A stretch of DNA of 64,000 nt from an uncultured Verrucomicrobiae bacterium. Lineage in GTDB: Bacteria; Verrucomicrobiota; Verrucomicrobiia; Limisphaerales; UBA11358. The first letter of the stretch is position 1. Every line of letters starts with the position of its first letter. The position numbers and the translations under genes were made by a program. The notes beneath the pieces were generated by a model, which did no database searches, was not told the origin of the DNA, and saw nothing but the letters and a program-made list of their open reading frames with translations. The stretch lies in NCBI GenBank assembly GCA_963842445.1, contig CAWJHF010000002.1, positions 173,858-237,857 of the forward strand, written 5' to 3'. Positions 8,831-19,200 of the stretch are shown here, piece after piece.

Positions 8831-9655
8831 TCACTTCGTCGGCGGTTGGACGACGTTGGTCGCGGGGAGACACTTTAAAAACGCAAATTCCCAATCTTCA
8901 ATCAATTGTGGTGGGATTGAAAAATCCCGTTCTACTGACGGTGCGTTAAACCAGACCTCGACTGAACCGCCCAAAACGACTGTTCCTGCCCGAAGAAATG
9001 ACGGCGTCAATGAAACATCTTCAAAGCCTGAATCTGCAATTTCTCCAGCCGTCAAATTTGTCGCTCCCACGAGGCTGTTCCACCGCATACTAAATGGCTG
9101 CCGCATTGCAGCATCTCCGCTTAGGTGGATTGAAATTGAATTAGAATCCAATAATCTATTATTCCCAACTTGGTATTCCGTTATCGGTGGAGGTGGGGCA
9201 TCACAATACAGTTCAATATCATACCCATGTTTTGAAAAGAGCCGCATTTGCAGAGGATTTTCCCAGCGGTTCTGCGGAATCACCGACTCCACCCACTTAT
9301 TTGAAACCAGAACATTTTCAGCAAAATATAAAGTGGCAACTGCGGTCACGGATTTTATAGGCTGGTTGCGCGGGTCATTTTTAATTGCGATTTGCCTTGT
9401 TTCCCAAGCGTCATTTGCAGACATACCGGCTACTGCAATTTCAATAAAGATGCCAAGCATCAGAATGCACCAGCCTGCCGTTTCTAGCGGCTTGTGGGGT
9501 TTCTCCGGCCCCCCTAAATATCGGTCGTTCATCCAGTCCGCGAATTTTTCGACTGCCAAACCAACAAAAACCAAGATGCCGCCGATTGTTGCCCAAATCA
9601 GTACCGGAATCTCTCCCGCCGGAAGCGATGAGGCTGTCAAAAGAAGTATATTCAT
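8831..9655 (-). CDS. hypothetical membrane protein
   Basis: Two N-terminal TM helices. GC content is visibly lower than in the flanks. No motif recognised. Confidence 0.5.
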   Translation of the reverse strand: MNILLLTASSLPAGEIPVLIWATIGGILVFVGLAVEKFADWMNDRYLGGPEKPHKPLETAGWCILMLGIFIEIAVAGMSANDAWETRQIAIKNDPRNQPIKSVTAVATLYFAENVLVSNKWVESVIPQNRWENPLQMRLFSKHGYDIELYCDAPPPPITEYQVGNNRLLDSNSISIHLSGDAAMRQPFSMRWNSLVGATNLTAGEIADSGFEDVSLTPSFLRAGTVVLGGSVEVWFNAPSVERDFSIPPQLIEDWEFAFLKCLPATNVVQPPTK

Positions 9656-9849
9656 TCGGTTTCAAGGCTTGAAGATTCAAATTAAGACACGACCGGACTA
9701 TAAAGTCCAGTCTGCGGTGCCATGATACAACGGCCCGTGTTGGTGTACGCTGATTGAAACTGCTGACGCACCTGCCGTGCCCGGCATTTCGCCGAACACT
9801 TTTTTCGCCAGGGCTTTCGTTTCTCCCCCGGTCATGCCATATTCCCGCC

Positions 9850-10254
9850 ATGCCGAACCACAAATCGGGCACCAGCTACTCGTTTTCTCAGCTTGTCAAG
9901 GCGTACAATGCAGACCCGCAGAGCGACACCGATGCACATTACCTCCTTTACCGGGACGACGAGATTCTCGCGCTGTGCCTACGCCACAAATACAACCACG
10001 ACCCCGGCGAAGTCTGGGTCGGGGATGCTCCGGTGGTAGCGGAATGGGGCAAGAAGCTCGCAGCCCTCAAGGACAAGAAAACGCTTCCGCTCTATTACTC
10101 ACAGCGCGGGCGCACCCTTTACGAGTACAGGGATCACCAGTTGATCGCCGGCGATACGGACGACCCGCAGGAACTCGCCAAGCGCAAAAGCCCTGTGCCG
10201 CTGTCCCGAATCGTATTCCTCAAACCGGTGGCCCATGCCGCCTTTGCCCGTTAG
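9850..10254 (+). CDS. hypothetical protein (134 aa), upstream partner of the HEPN-like gene
   Basis: ATG at 9850 within track ORF 9754..10254. The stop lies 2 nt before the next ATG at 10257. Confidence 0.5.
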   Translation: MPNHKSGTSYSFSQLVKAYNADPQSDTDAHYLLYRDDEILALCLRHKYNHDPGEVWVGDAPVVAEWGKKLAALKDKKTLPLYYSQRGRTLYEYRDHQLIAGDTDDPQELAKRKSPVPLSRIVFLKPVAHAAFAR

Positions 10255-10256
10255 CC

Positions 10257-10913
10257 ATGCCGAAAAATCTAAAGCCGTTAAAGATGGACTCTCCTGAAAA
10301 GTTCAGGGCGTTCCTTCACAGGTTGTGGGATGAATTGTATTGGGCAAACTTTCACTACGAATTGTTGAAAGAACTGTCGCGGCTTTGTGAAAAGCATAGG
10401 CGAACGGCCAATTTGTCCGCCGTTTTTTGGAACTATACTTTACGCGCACATCATCAGACTGCGATGGTCTATTTGCATCGAATCTATGACCAAAACAAGG
10501 AAAGTTTCAACCTGCACCGATTTCTTCTCACAGTCCGGGAAAACTGGGAGATATTCGATTCAGCAAATGTTCGCAAAAGGCGGCAAAGCGATCCTCATGT
10601 CGAAGGCTTAATGCGGGCAATTGGCGAGCTTGACCTGGCGCAACTCGACCGCGACATCACGTTTTCAAGTAATGAGAACGAGAAAGTGAAAAACCTCAAT
10701 ACTTGGCGTGACCGCGTCATCTTCCATAACGATGAAAGAGAGTTGTTCCGGCAGAAACCGTTTGAAGATGAGCATCCACCGCCGGACATTGAGATGCTCA
10801 TTGACCAGGGGTTTCAAATTCTAAATCGCTATTCTCAATTTTTCGACACGACTGTTTACAGCAAAGGATGTCGGGATTGGAAAGATATGAGATTCGTTTT
10901 TGAGCGCGGGTGA
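10257..10913 (+). CDS. HEPN-domain protein, AbiU2-like (abortive-infection type)
   Basis: An in-frame ATG at 10257 inside track ORF 9777..10913; the upstream part of that ORF overlaps 9850..10254 in another frame. Helical protein with WRDRVIFHNDE, an Rx4-6H HEPN-type motif. The AbiU2 assignment is from memory of that family. Confidence 0.45.
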   Translation: MPKNLKPLKMDSPEKFRAFLHRLWDELYWANFHYELLKELSRLCEKHRRTANLSAVFWNYTLRAHHQTAMVYLHRIYDQNKESFNLHRFLLTVRENWEIFDSANVRKRRQSDPHVEGLMRAIGELDLAQLDRDITFSSNENEKVKNLNTWRDRVIFHNDERELFRQKPFEDEHPPPDIEMLIDQGFQILNRYSQFFDTTVYSKGCRDWKDMRFVFERG

Positions 10914-11110
10914 ATTGCACGCCTCGCTCGCTGTGGTTCGCAACATCGTATGCACCCTGCTGCTGCCAGAAAAATGCAACACGGACCTGCAACCGTTATT
11001 GGCTGAAATTAGGGAGATTTGACTGCCATGGCCATATTGCAGAAATTTTTGGCGTTGTTTTGCGGTCGGTAGTTGTTGGAATCTTATGCCAGTGAAATTC
11101 CGAACTGAAG

Positions 11111-11932
11111 ATGCCTAAAGATCATTTCGTTCCGCAGCACTATCTGCGGCAATTCGGTGTCGATGAGAAACGGATAGCTTTCGCAACACTGTCGCCGTAT
11201 CGGTTCATCGGGGCCGTTCCAATTGACCGGCAATGCCAAGAAAAGAATTTCTACGAAAAGGATAAGCCCTTGGACAAACTACTGTGGCAAAGCGAAAACG
11301 ACATTGCCCCGGTGCTATCACGGGTGATCCAAAGAAGGGATTTTGATCCAAAGGAGGCAGTTGCTCTCAAGCTGCTTGCTGCGATTTTTCATGTACGGAC
11401 CCGAAAGGCAGCGGAAATCGCCAAAGTCTTCCCGAAGTATGTGGCGCATGAAGTTATCAAACGAGCTATCAATCGTGGTGAACTGCCGCCGCCGCCCGAA
11501 GGTGAATTCACGGAGGAAATGATGGACTTTGGGGGAGTATCGGGTGTCCTGATACAGCAGGCGGTTTTATGTTGGATGGAAATGCAAACGCTCGAATGCA
11601 AACTGCTTCAGCCCGAACCGCCGACTTATTTTGTTACAAGCGATAATCCGGTCGTCATCTTGAATCAGTTTTGCGCCGATACAATGCCTCACCGCAGCTT
11701 CGCGGGATTCAGCATGTCAGGGTTTCAATTGTTACTGCCACTCAGTCCAAATCTTTGTTTGTGCCTTTATGATGCGAAAATCTACAAGGTCGGGAATCGA
11801 CGTGACCGGCTTGTGCCAATCTCGAAGCGTGATGTTGAGATTGTGAACGCACTCCAAATTCAATCGGCTGAGAAATGTCTCTATTTCCACGATCCGACGT
11901 TGGAGCCGGAAATCCGACGCCTTGTCGGTTGA
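11111..11932 (+). CDS. DUF4238 domain protein (possibly truncated by an in-frame TGA; the frame stays open to 12199)
   Basis: N-terminal HFVPQHYLRQF and internal TSDNPVV are signature-like for DUF4238. The same frame continues without stops from 11933 to the TAA at 12197-12199. Confidence 0.7.
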   Translation: MPKDHFVPQHYLRQFGVDEKRIAFATLSPYRFIGAVPIDRQCQEKNFYEKDKPLDKLLWQSENDIAPVLSRVIQRRDFDPKEAVALKLLAAIFHVRTRKAAEIAKVFPKYVAHEVIKRAINRGELPPPPEGEFTEEMMDFGGVSGVLIQQAVLCWMEMQTLECKLLQPEPPTYFVTSDNPVVILNQFCADTMPHRSFAGFSMSGFQLLLPLSPNLCLCLYDAKIYKVGNRRDRLVPISKRDVEIVNALQIQSAEKCLYFHDPTLEPEIRRLVG

Positions 11933-12239
11933 TACGCCACATTCAGGGTTCCGATACGTGACGCCCTCCGCGTAATCTCAGGCGAAAATGAAAATGAGGA
12001 ACTGCTGCAAATGCGAGCGCCTTCGGCGAAGCTACCCAAGCCCTGGATTTTTTGCCGCTATCGGAGGCGCATCAATTTCAAGCCGGGAGATCGGCGTGAT
12101 CCTGCATGGACCGCACTGGGTGGACGATTGATGGAGGACATTGACCGCGATCCCAAGGGTGGTGACCTTTTCGCTCGTTTGGAAAAGATTATTGGTTAAG
12201 CCGCTGTGGCTCCAGACGGATTTGCGACCGTTTCACAGT

Positions 12240-12497
12240 TTAATCCCTTTCGCCAAAAAGCCAGCCGACCGAAACTCTGAGCGCCTTGGCAATGGCGGCG
12301 ACTTCGTAATCCATTAAATAGCGGGTCCGGTTTTCGATTCGAGATATTGCGGTTTGGTCGATGCTGACGCCCCGTGCCGCCAACCGCCCGGCTAAATCTT
12401 CCTGTGAAACTGACGGCCTGCACCGCAAGCGGGCCTGGCGGATACGCCTTCCCACGATGTTTCGGTTTTCAATCTGGGCGGTCTTTTTCATCAGCAT
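12240..12497 (-). CDS. XRE-family helix-turn-helix transcriptional regulator
   Basis: IVGRRIRQARLRCRPSVSQEDLAGRLAARGVSIDQTAISRIENRTR is a typical HTH_3/Cro-C1 pattern. Confidence 0.85.
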   Translation of the reverse strand: MLMKKTAQIENRNIVGRRIRQARLRCRPSVSQEDLAGRLAARGVSIDQTAISRIENRTRYLMDYEVAAIAKALRVSVGWLFGERD

Positions 12498-12510
12498 GTG
12501 GATTTCACAT
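12496..12510. promoter_or_regulatory. Candidate operator half of a repeated dyad ATGTGGAYTTCACAT (copy 1, overlaps the XRE start codon)
   Basis: atgtggatttcacat has ATGTG-N5-CACAT dyad symmetry and recurs at 12544-12558. A TTGACT -35-like hexamer lies at 12513-12518 between the copies. Confidence 0.45.
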
Positions 12511-12543
12511 GCTTGACTTCTACCTGAAATTCAGTGAGATTGT

Positions 12544-12558
12544 ATGTGGACTTCACAT
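12544..12558. promoter_or_regulatory. Candidate operator, copy 2 of ATGTGGAYTTCACAT
   Basis: atgtggacttcacat differs from copy 1 at one position. It lies between the putative promoter and the ATG at 12604. Confidence 0.45.
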
Positions 12559-12603
12559 ATACACGGCTCATGTGTGGCTGATAAATGAACTGGGACCCCT
12601 GTC

Positions 12604-13860
12604 ATGAGTGAAAGCAGGCCAAAATCATCGTGGGTTGATTACGCAAACCTGGCGTCGAACGCCGCTCAAAACGTTCAGCTTGGTGAAGTCCAGTCTGCGC
12701 TCAAGTCATTGGGCGCGTTGCAGGCCGAAAAAGTGCGCCTGGAATTGAGCGAGCAGCAGGCCAGGGGGCGGGAAGACCAGCTCCGTGAACACATCTGGCA
12801 GATGGAACAGGCTTTCGAGCGTTTTGTCCCTGGGGCGACCCCATGCGCGATCTGCGTGGTTGCCCGGCAGATACAGGACGCGATGGCCCGGTATCGAATC
12901 TCGGCGGCTTCGTTCCGTGAATTTTCCGACAAGGACCGGCTCGGCCAATTCGTCAGCCGTCTGAAACAGGCCACTGACGACGCCAGCAACAAGATGCCAG
13001 CAACCGAGCGAAATGAGTGGGAGACATACGTCCGTTATCAGGACGAAGCGCCAGAACTGGATGACCTCGCTGACCGGCTTCAGTCTGAACTTCAACGCAA
13101 CGCACAGCAGGTTCACCGTCTCTCCGAAGTCAGAGAACAGAAGGAAGCCGTCACCGAGGAACTGCAAAAGCTGTCAGGTCCAAACGGGCAATCAAACAGT
13201 TTGAATAGAGCCGCGTGGAGCAGCAACAGTATCACACTGGCCAGAGTTGCGGTTTCCCTTCTGTTTGGGACCGGTCTGCTCGCCGCCATTCTTGGAATCG
13301 GCGGCCTTTCATTTGGGCACGTTTTTGCCGGGGGTGGCTTGATGCTGCTTTGCCCCGCCTGTTTTGCCCTGGCGTATTACCTTCAACAGAAAGCCGCCAG
13401 GCACGAGCGAATCGCCGCGCAGGTGGGGACCATCGAGAGGACTGAGTCTGAAATCATTGAGTTGGCCAGTGTCGTCCCGCTCACCGATAAGGACCCAATA
13501 GCTCGATACGCGCTCGAATCATCCGTTGGCGCGAAGGGCAGCATTGCCAGTGAATTGAAGAAATTCCAAGCCAGCACCGTTGCTGAACTCCTGCAAACGC
13601 GGGCAGAACGCCAGGCGTTCATGAAGAAATTTGGCTACGCAAACAGGTTGACCGACGATGACTTGTCTCAGGAAGTTGATGACCAAGCGTCCAGAGCAAT
13701 CACCGTTAGTGAGCTTTCGCCCGAAGTGCAGGACTTGGCCAGAAACGCACACGGCAAAATTTCAGCCATTATGCTCCATCGAAAACAGACCGGGGCGAGT
13801 CTGGCAGAGGCAAAAGATGCCGTGGAAGCCTACATGGTGAGTAATAATGATTCCGTTTGA
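12604..13860 (+). CDS. hypothetical coiled-coil membrane protein with a C-terminal ribosomal L7/L12-CTD-like module
   Basis: Long charged helical N-terminal half and two adjacent TM helices (ITLARVAVSLLFGTGLLAAILGIGG, GGGLMLLCPACFALAYYL). C-terminal GKISAIMLHRKQTGASLAEAKDAVE resembles the L7/L12 C-terminal motif KI.AIK..RE.TG.GLKEAKD.VE. Confidence 0.55.
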   Translation: MSESRPKSSWVDYANLASNAAQNVQLGEVQSALKSLGALQAEKVRLELSEQQARGREDQLREHIWQMEQAFERFVPGATPCAICVVARQIQDAMARYRISAASFREFSDKDRLGQFVSRLKQATDDASNKMPATERNEWETYVRYQDEAPELDDLADRLQSELQRNAQQVHRLSEVREQKEAVTEELQKLSGPNGQSNSLNRAAWSSNSITLARVAVSLLFGTGLLAAILGIGGLSFGHVFAGGGLMLLCPACFALAYYLQQKAARHERIAAQVGTIERTESEIIELASVVPLTDKDPIARYALESSVGAKGSIASELKKFQASTVAELLQTRAERQAFMKKFGYANRLTDDDLSQEVDDQASRAITVSELSPEVQDLARNAHGKISAIMLHRKQTGASLAEAKDAVEAYMVSNNDSV

Positions 13861-13908
13861 TTCAGGGCGTTGAGGGAACCAACCGGGCAAAGTTAAAAGG
13901 AAATAATT

Positions 13909-14163
13909 ATGACGACCGACACAACGCAGCCAGGACCACCACCGGCAACACGGCGCAACTCAGGGTATCAGGCATTAAAAGCCTGGATTGAACGACAGGG
14001 GAACAGGCGCATGACCATTTTTATGACTGGCATGGGCGCTTACGTGTTGATCGCCGGGGCACTGGCCGCGACTGGGTCACCGCAAGTGATTTTGTCTGGC
14101 ATGGTCGGGCTTTCCATGGTGACATTTATCGTTGCCTGGGCAGCCGCCTGCTTCAAATTCTGA
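13909..14163 (+). CDS. small 2-TM membrane protein
   Basis: The ATG is preceded by aaaagg. Two hydrophobic helices. Confidence 0.45.
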   Translation: MTTDTTQPGPPPATRRNSGYQALKAWIERQGNRRMTIFMTGMGAYVLIAGALAATGSPQVILSGMVGLSMVTFIVAWAAACFKF

Positions 14164-14300
14164 AGGTGCGGCGTAATTCAGAGACGCCTTCAGCATCCGG
14201 CAGCGGCACCGGCAAATCCGTTGCGGCGGGATCAGCCAGCAAAACATCAGAGGACGGCGTGGAAAAAACTGGGCGCTTGCAATAAGCGGGCTGGTATAAA

Positions 14301-15866
14301 ATGATTCAGACTATGTTGAAATGGGTCGGGTCAATCCCTTTGATCCTGCGCATTGGTTTCCTGTGTTTATTTTCGACGGCCACGCTGCCTGGCCAGGGCA
14401 CGAATGCCCTTTCCCCAACCGATTTGCTTCAAAGCGGATGGAGTGAATTGTCGTCCAATAACTATATGGCGGCGGCGGTGTCCTTCCACGCAGCCGTCAT
14501 TGCCAATCCCACCAATGCGGAAGCGTATGCGGGTCTTGGGCGAAGTCAGTACCATTTGAAGGATTACCCGTGGGCGATCAGATACCTCGAACGGGCGCTG
14601 GCTTTGGAACCCGGCCACACGAACTGGCTGCTGTATCTGGGGGAAAGTTATTGTCTGGCGGGCGAACATACCAAGGCGACCAATCTATTTCAAAAATACG
14701 TGTCACTCCGCGCCGATGATGCGGAAGGATACAAGTGGTTGTCCTATGCCTTATCTGAGATGGCGCAATATGACGGGGCGGTGAGTGCGGCCAGACACGC
14801 CTTGACCCTCAATCCCACCAACACTTACTGCTACCGGCAATTGGGTTATTGCCTGGCACGGCTCAACCGCCATGACGACGCCGTCCAGGCGTTCCGTCAG
14901 GCGCTCGCCATCGACCCGAAAGACGGGGATGCCTACTTGCAGTGCGCGTTAAGCTTGTTGGCGGAAGAACGCTTGGGCGAGGCGACCACGAACCTTGAGA
15001 AAGCCTGCGAAATCAAGAAGAACAACCGGGCGGCGCATTGGCTGTTGTTTGGATGCTACCTCGGATCATTGCAGTACGAAAAAGCCTACCAGCTTTTTCC
15101 GGGGGTTTTTGCCATCGGCGGATGCGCCGCGCTCCTGGCTTACCTGATGGGGCTGGCATTTTTGCTGCCTTTAAGTTTCCGGGTTCGCCCCCAGGCGTTT
15201 CCGGGCATTGGGTTTTCTCTGGCCTGGCTGGCCGTGTATTTTGAAGGGCAGCTCGCGCTCTTTCTCGTTCTTGGGTTGCTTTCCCGGATCAAACCTGCTG
15301 AATCCCTTCTGGCTGGCGTCATCTTGGCCGGAATCCCGGTGGTGCTGGCGGGGATGCTCGGATTCCGCCAGCAACCCTGGGGCAAGCCCTTTGCCTGGCC
15401 GTTGCATCTGGGAACGAAAAAGACGATTGGACTTTGCCTGTTTGGGCTGGTTTTGATGGGGCTGTTTAACTGGGCGTATCTGACGTTGGTCCAGCGGATC
15501 ACGCACCAGCCCGCCCCCGTTCAGGAGGTGGAGCTTTTAATTAAATCCGCCTTGAAAGGCGATCCGCTGCTGGCATTTCTGTCCGTCGTCATCCTAGGGC
15601 CGGTGGTGGAAGAAATCCTGGTTCGGGGTCTGCTCTACGGTGCCTTGGAAAGACGACTGCCCACCGGTGGAACCATCATCGTCACTTCCTTGGTTTTTGC
15701 CCTGTATCATTTTCAAATGGTCTTTTTCATCCCGCTTTTTGGCGTCGGCGTCCTTCTGGGGTGGGCACGCGCCAAGACCGGATCAATCGGCCTGCCCATA
15801 TTGATTCATGTACTAAACAACGGGTTGTCCTTGTTGCTGGTTAAATTGGTTGAAAACGGCCTTTGA
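14301..15866 (+). CDS. TPR-repeat protein fused to a CPBP-family (CAAX/Abi) intramembrane glutamic endopeptidase
   Basis: Signal/TM segment followed by TPR-like repeats. C-terminal polytopic part carries the CPBP motifs GPVVEEILVRGLLYG, FALYHF and ILIHVLNNG. Confidence 0.8.
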   Translation: MIQTMLKWVGSIPLILRIGFLCLFSTATLPGQGTNALSPTDLLQSGWSELSSNNYMAAAVSFHAAVIANPTNAEAYAGLGRSQYHLKDYPWAIRYLERALALEPGHTNWLLYLGESYCLAGEHTKATNLFQKYVSLRADDAEGYKWLSYALSEMAQYDGAVSAARHALTLNPTNTYCYRQLGYCLARLNRHDDAVQAFRQALAIDPKDGDAYLQCALSLLAEERLGEATTNLEKACEIKKNNRAAHWLLFGCYLGSLQYEKAYQLFPGVFAIGGCAALLAYLMGLAFLLPLSFRVRPQAFPGIGFSLAWLAVYFEGQLALFLVLGLLSRIKPAESLLAGVILAGIPVVLAGMLGFRQQPWGKPFAWPLHLGTKKTIGLCLFGLVLMGLFNWAYLTLVQRITHQPAPVQEVELLIKSALKGDPLLAFLSVVILGPVVEEILVRGLLYGALERRLPTGGTIIVTSLVFALYHFQMVFFIPLFGVGVLLGWARAKTGSIGLPILIHVLNNGLSLLLVKLVENGL

Positions 15867-16237
15867 ACATGACCCAACAGGCTCCAACGGTCGCAAGGCT
15901 TGAGCAACCATATCAGGACGACCAGTTGTGATGGTGTGCTCCGACGAACGTACAGGCAAAAGATAAGGGAACCGCCATCGGTGGAGTCTGCTCGTCCCCC
16001 TTTTCCGTTGATCAATGGCGATGGCATCAAATCAGATAGCCTTTTAGGTCTCCGATTATGTCTTTCGCCTTGGACAGCCAATGTCCAACACGATTTGAGA
16101 CACTGCTCAAAGGAAGCAGCAAAAACGAAGCTTTGCCAATCGGCTCGTAGCTTGGCATAAAGACGCATGGAACGGAGTGTTACGTGTGTGCGCAGTGGCA
16201 ACTGTGGCTCATATCATTCTGTGTTACTGATAGTTAG

Positions 16238-19200
16238 ATGAATTCTGGCCAACTCAAATTAGTTGATGACCGTCCGCTTTCCGAGCGTCTTCGCGCTTAC
16301 GGCTGTACGGATTTCGTTCGTCTTGACGATGGCCTCACGACTCCCGAACAACTCGACTATCTCGACTTGTTACCACGCCGGAGCACTTCGCCGGTCACAG
16401 CGGTTGTTGAGCACCAAGGAACAGCACTCCTCTACCTCGTGGATGCGTGTGGCAATATCACGACCGACGCTACTACGCTTGCGCAGTTGCAGCGGCAACT
16501 TGCGAACCGCAGCGACCCTGCTTGGCTTGGTGTACTGCGGCCCGGCTCACTGGAGATACATCCCATTGGCTTTCACGAAAGCAGCACGACTGTTCCAGTC
16601 GAGACCGTAGTCGAAAAAGATGATCGCGCTCCATTTTTCTTTCAAAGTCTAGCGCATGGCACTTTTGCACAGAACGAACGACTTAAAGGCTCGGATTATG
16701 TTTTCAAAAAAATCTATGGCCTGCTGACGCAGACGACGGACGCCTACGTTCCCGACAACAAACTCGAACCGCTTGAAGTTCTTTCCATGGCTGGCCGGGC
16801 GCTGTTCTTCCGATTCCTCATCGACCGCAGGATCGTTTTGCGAGATGAGCGAAAAGAAATCTGCCCGGCGTCGGACGGTTTGAAGGACGCTTTTGCCAAC
16901 GCTGAAAAAGCCGCCATGACTTCCGCGTGGCTCGACCAAACTTTCAATGGCGATTTCCTTCAACTGATTGACGAATCTATTTCTGCCGATGACCGTACCG
17001 CGCGGCAAGACGCATATTTGCAATTTTACAGACGAATCGAGCGGCGGGCGGGCAAAAAATTCTTTGACCACCTTCATGCCATTCTGAACGGCTGGCACGC
17101 GACGGGTGGCGGCATTCAGCAAGAATTAGACTGGGGTGATCTCGACTTTGCACACATACCAGTTGGCGTGTTGAGTCAGGTCTATGAAAGCTTCAGCCAT
17201 CGTGCCGATGCACGTACGGCGAAAAAAACGAGCGTTCATTACACTCCTAGAACCATCGCTCGGCTGATCGTAGATCAAACTTTCGCCGCCGCCAAAGACC
17301 CTGCTAACGCCCGTGTGCTGGATGCTGCGTGCGGAGCAGGCATCTTCCTTGTTCTTGCCTTCCGCCGTCTCGTGCGGGAGCGATGGCAGCACGACGAACA
17401 GCGCCCCGACACAAAAGCCATTCAGCAAATTCTTTACGGTCAGCTTCGGGGCTTTGACATCAGCGAATCTGCTCTCCGCCTTGCCGCGCTCGCGCTCTAC
17501 ATAACCGCGATTGAGGTAAACGGAACTCAGCGTCCACCAAAGGTGCTCAAGTTTCCGCGAAATCTGCGCAACGAAGTGCTTCACTACTTCGGCGATGTGC
17601 CCCCGGCGAAAGATACTGCTGCAAAGCAGCCTGCGAAGGCCACGTTTACGCTCGGCAGCCTCGGCCCGCGCGTGTCGTCGGAATTCAACAAGTCATTCGA
17701 CATCGTGCTTGGAAATCCGCCGTGGACGCGACTCCGCGAAGACGAACCGCAGAACACCGAACAAAGAGCTGCCGGGCGTGCAGCCAAGAAAGAACCGGCA
17801 AAAGTCGAGACTGACCTGCTGAACGAGGAATTCACGGCCATTGGTCAGCGTGTCCTTCGCGTGCGCGGTCTCGCTGAGTTGGCTGATAGCTACGAAAACC
17901 CCGACAAGAATCCTGACCTGCCTTTCCTCTGGAGGGCAACAGAGTGGGCTAAGGACGGTGGTCTTATTGCATTCGCACTTCCTGCACGCATCTTTGGTCG
18001 TACCACAGGCAAAGGCTACAAAGCATGGCGTGCTGTGCTCCATAGCATATCTCTGACCGGACTCATCAATGGCGCTGATCTGCGAAAGACCGCAGTGTGG
18101 GAGGGTATTGATATGCCGTTCTGCTTGTTGTTTGCTCGTAACGCACTCCCTCAAAACAAACACCGCTTTTATTATGCGACTCCACTCTACGAGCCTGAGC
18201 AAAACCGGGATGGCCGTTTCCGTATAGATTATGAAGCAACGCAGCCGGTGAGCATTGAGCGCGTGGAGAAACAGCCGTGGATATTAAAAACGCTGTCGCT
18301 CGGCACTTGGCGCGATGTTGAGGTGATGGAAAAGTTGACAAAGGCGTTTCAACGAACGCTTGCAGATGAGTGGAGGGTCTGGAATCCGAAGGCGGACAAG
18401 ACGCACCAAGGTTACAATCGTTCGCCTAATTTGAAACAAAAGTCAGCGATGTTTTTCAAAGAATTAAAAGACTTTGAACCGCCGCAAGAAGGCTTCAACA
18501 TTCAATACAGCGAATTAAAATCTTACTTCAAAAAATACAAAACGAACTCTGCTCACGGGCCTCGCACTGAAGCACTCTATGCAGCGCCGCTCGTCATTGT
18601 TCCAAAAGCTCCGGGTGATGTTGTGAACCGTCCCAAGGCATATCTATCGAGAAAACCGCTTACTTTTTCTCAGAGCTACTACGGTTATTCCTGTAATGGC
18701 CATCCCGATGCCAAAACTCTTGCCGCTTTGATTTATCTTATTCCGCAGAGTGATTTGTTTCGCTACTTCACCCTAATGGTTAGTGTGTCCCAGGGTGCGG
18801 ACCACATGATCTTCACCAAGCAAGATTTGGATACTCTCCCATTCCCAGACGTTGCCAAACTTCCAGCTCAAACAAAGAATGCCATCCGCAAGCTTGCTCG
18901 CCGTCTCGAAAGAGACGCAAAAAAACCGTGGGACGAAATTGACTCACTGCTCTTTCGCCTTTATGGCTTACAAGACAATGCGATTCAAGTCGTCCGAGAA
19001 ACCCTTTTTGCCGCCGCAGCCTATCGCCGCCAGGGCCGGGCCGCGCTGGACCGGACAACCCGCAAAGACCGCGCTCCATTCCGAAACACACTGCGTGAAC
19101 TACTAGAACCGTATTTCGACGTGTGTGGCCAGCATGTCGCCGTTGAAGAACCAAAGTCGCAGCCTGACGCTTGGGAGCAGCCGTGGTTCTTTGTCGCCAT

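Noticed and set aside
9777-10256. N-terminal 160 aa of the 378-aa track ORF 9777..10913.
   Set aside because: It is Arg/Pro-rich and overlaps the better-looking ORF 9850..10254 in another frame. The in-frame ATG at 10257 directly follows that gene's stop.
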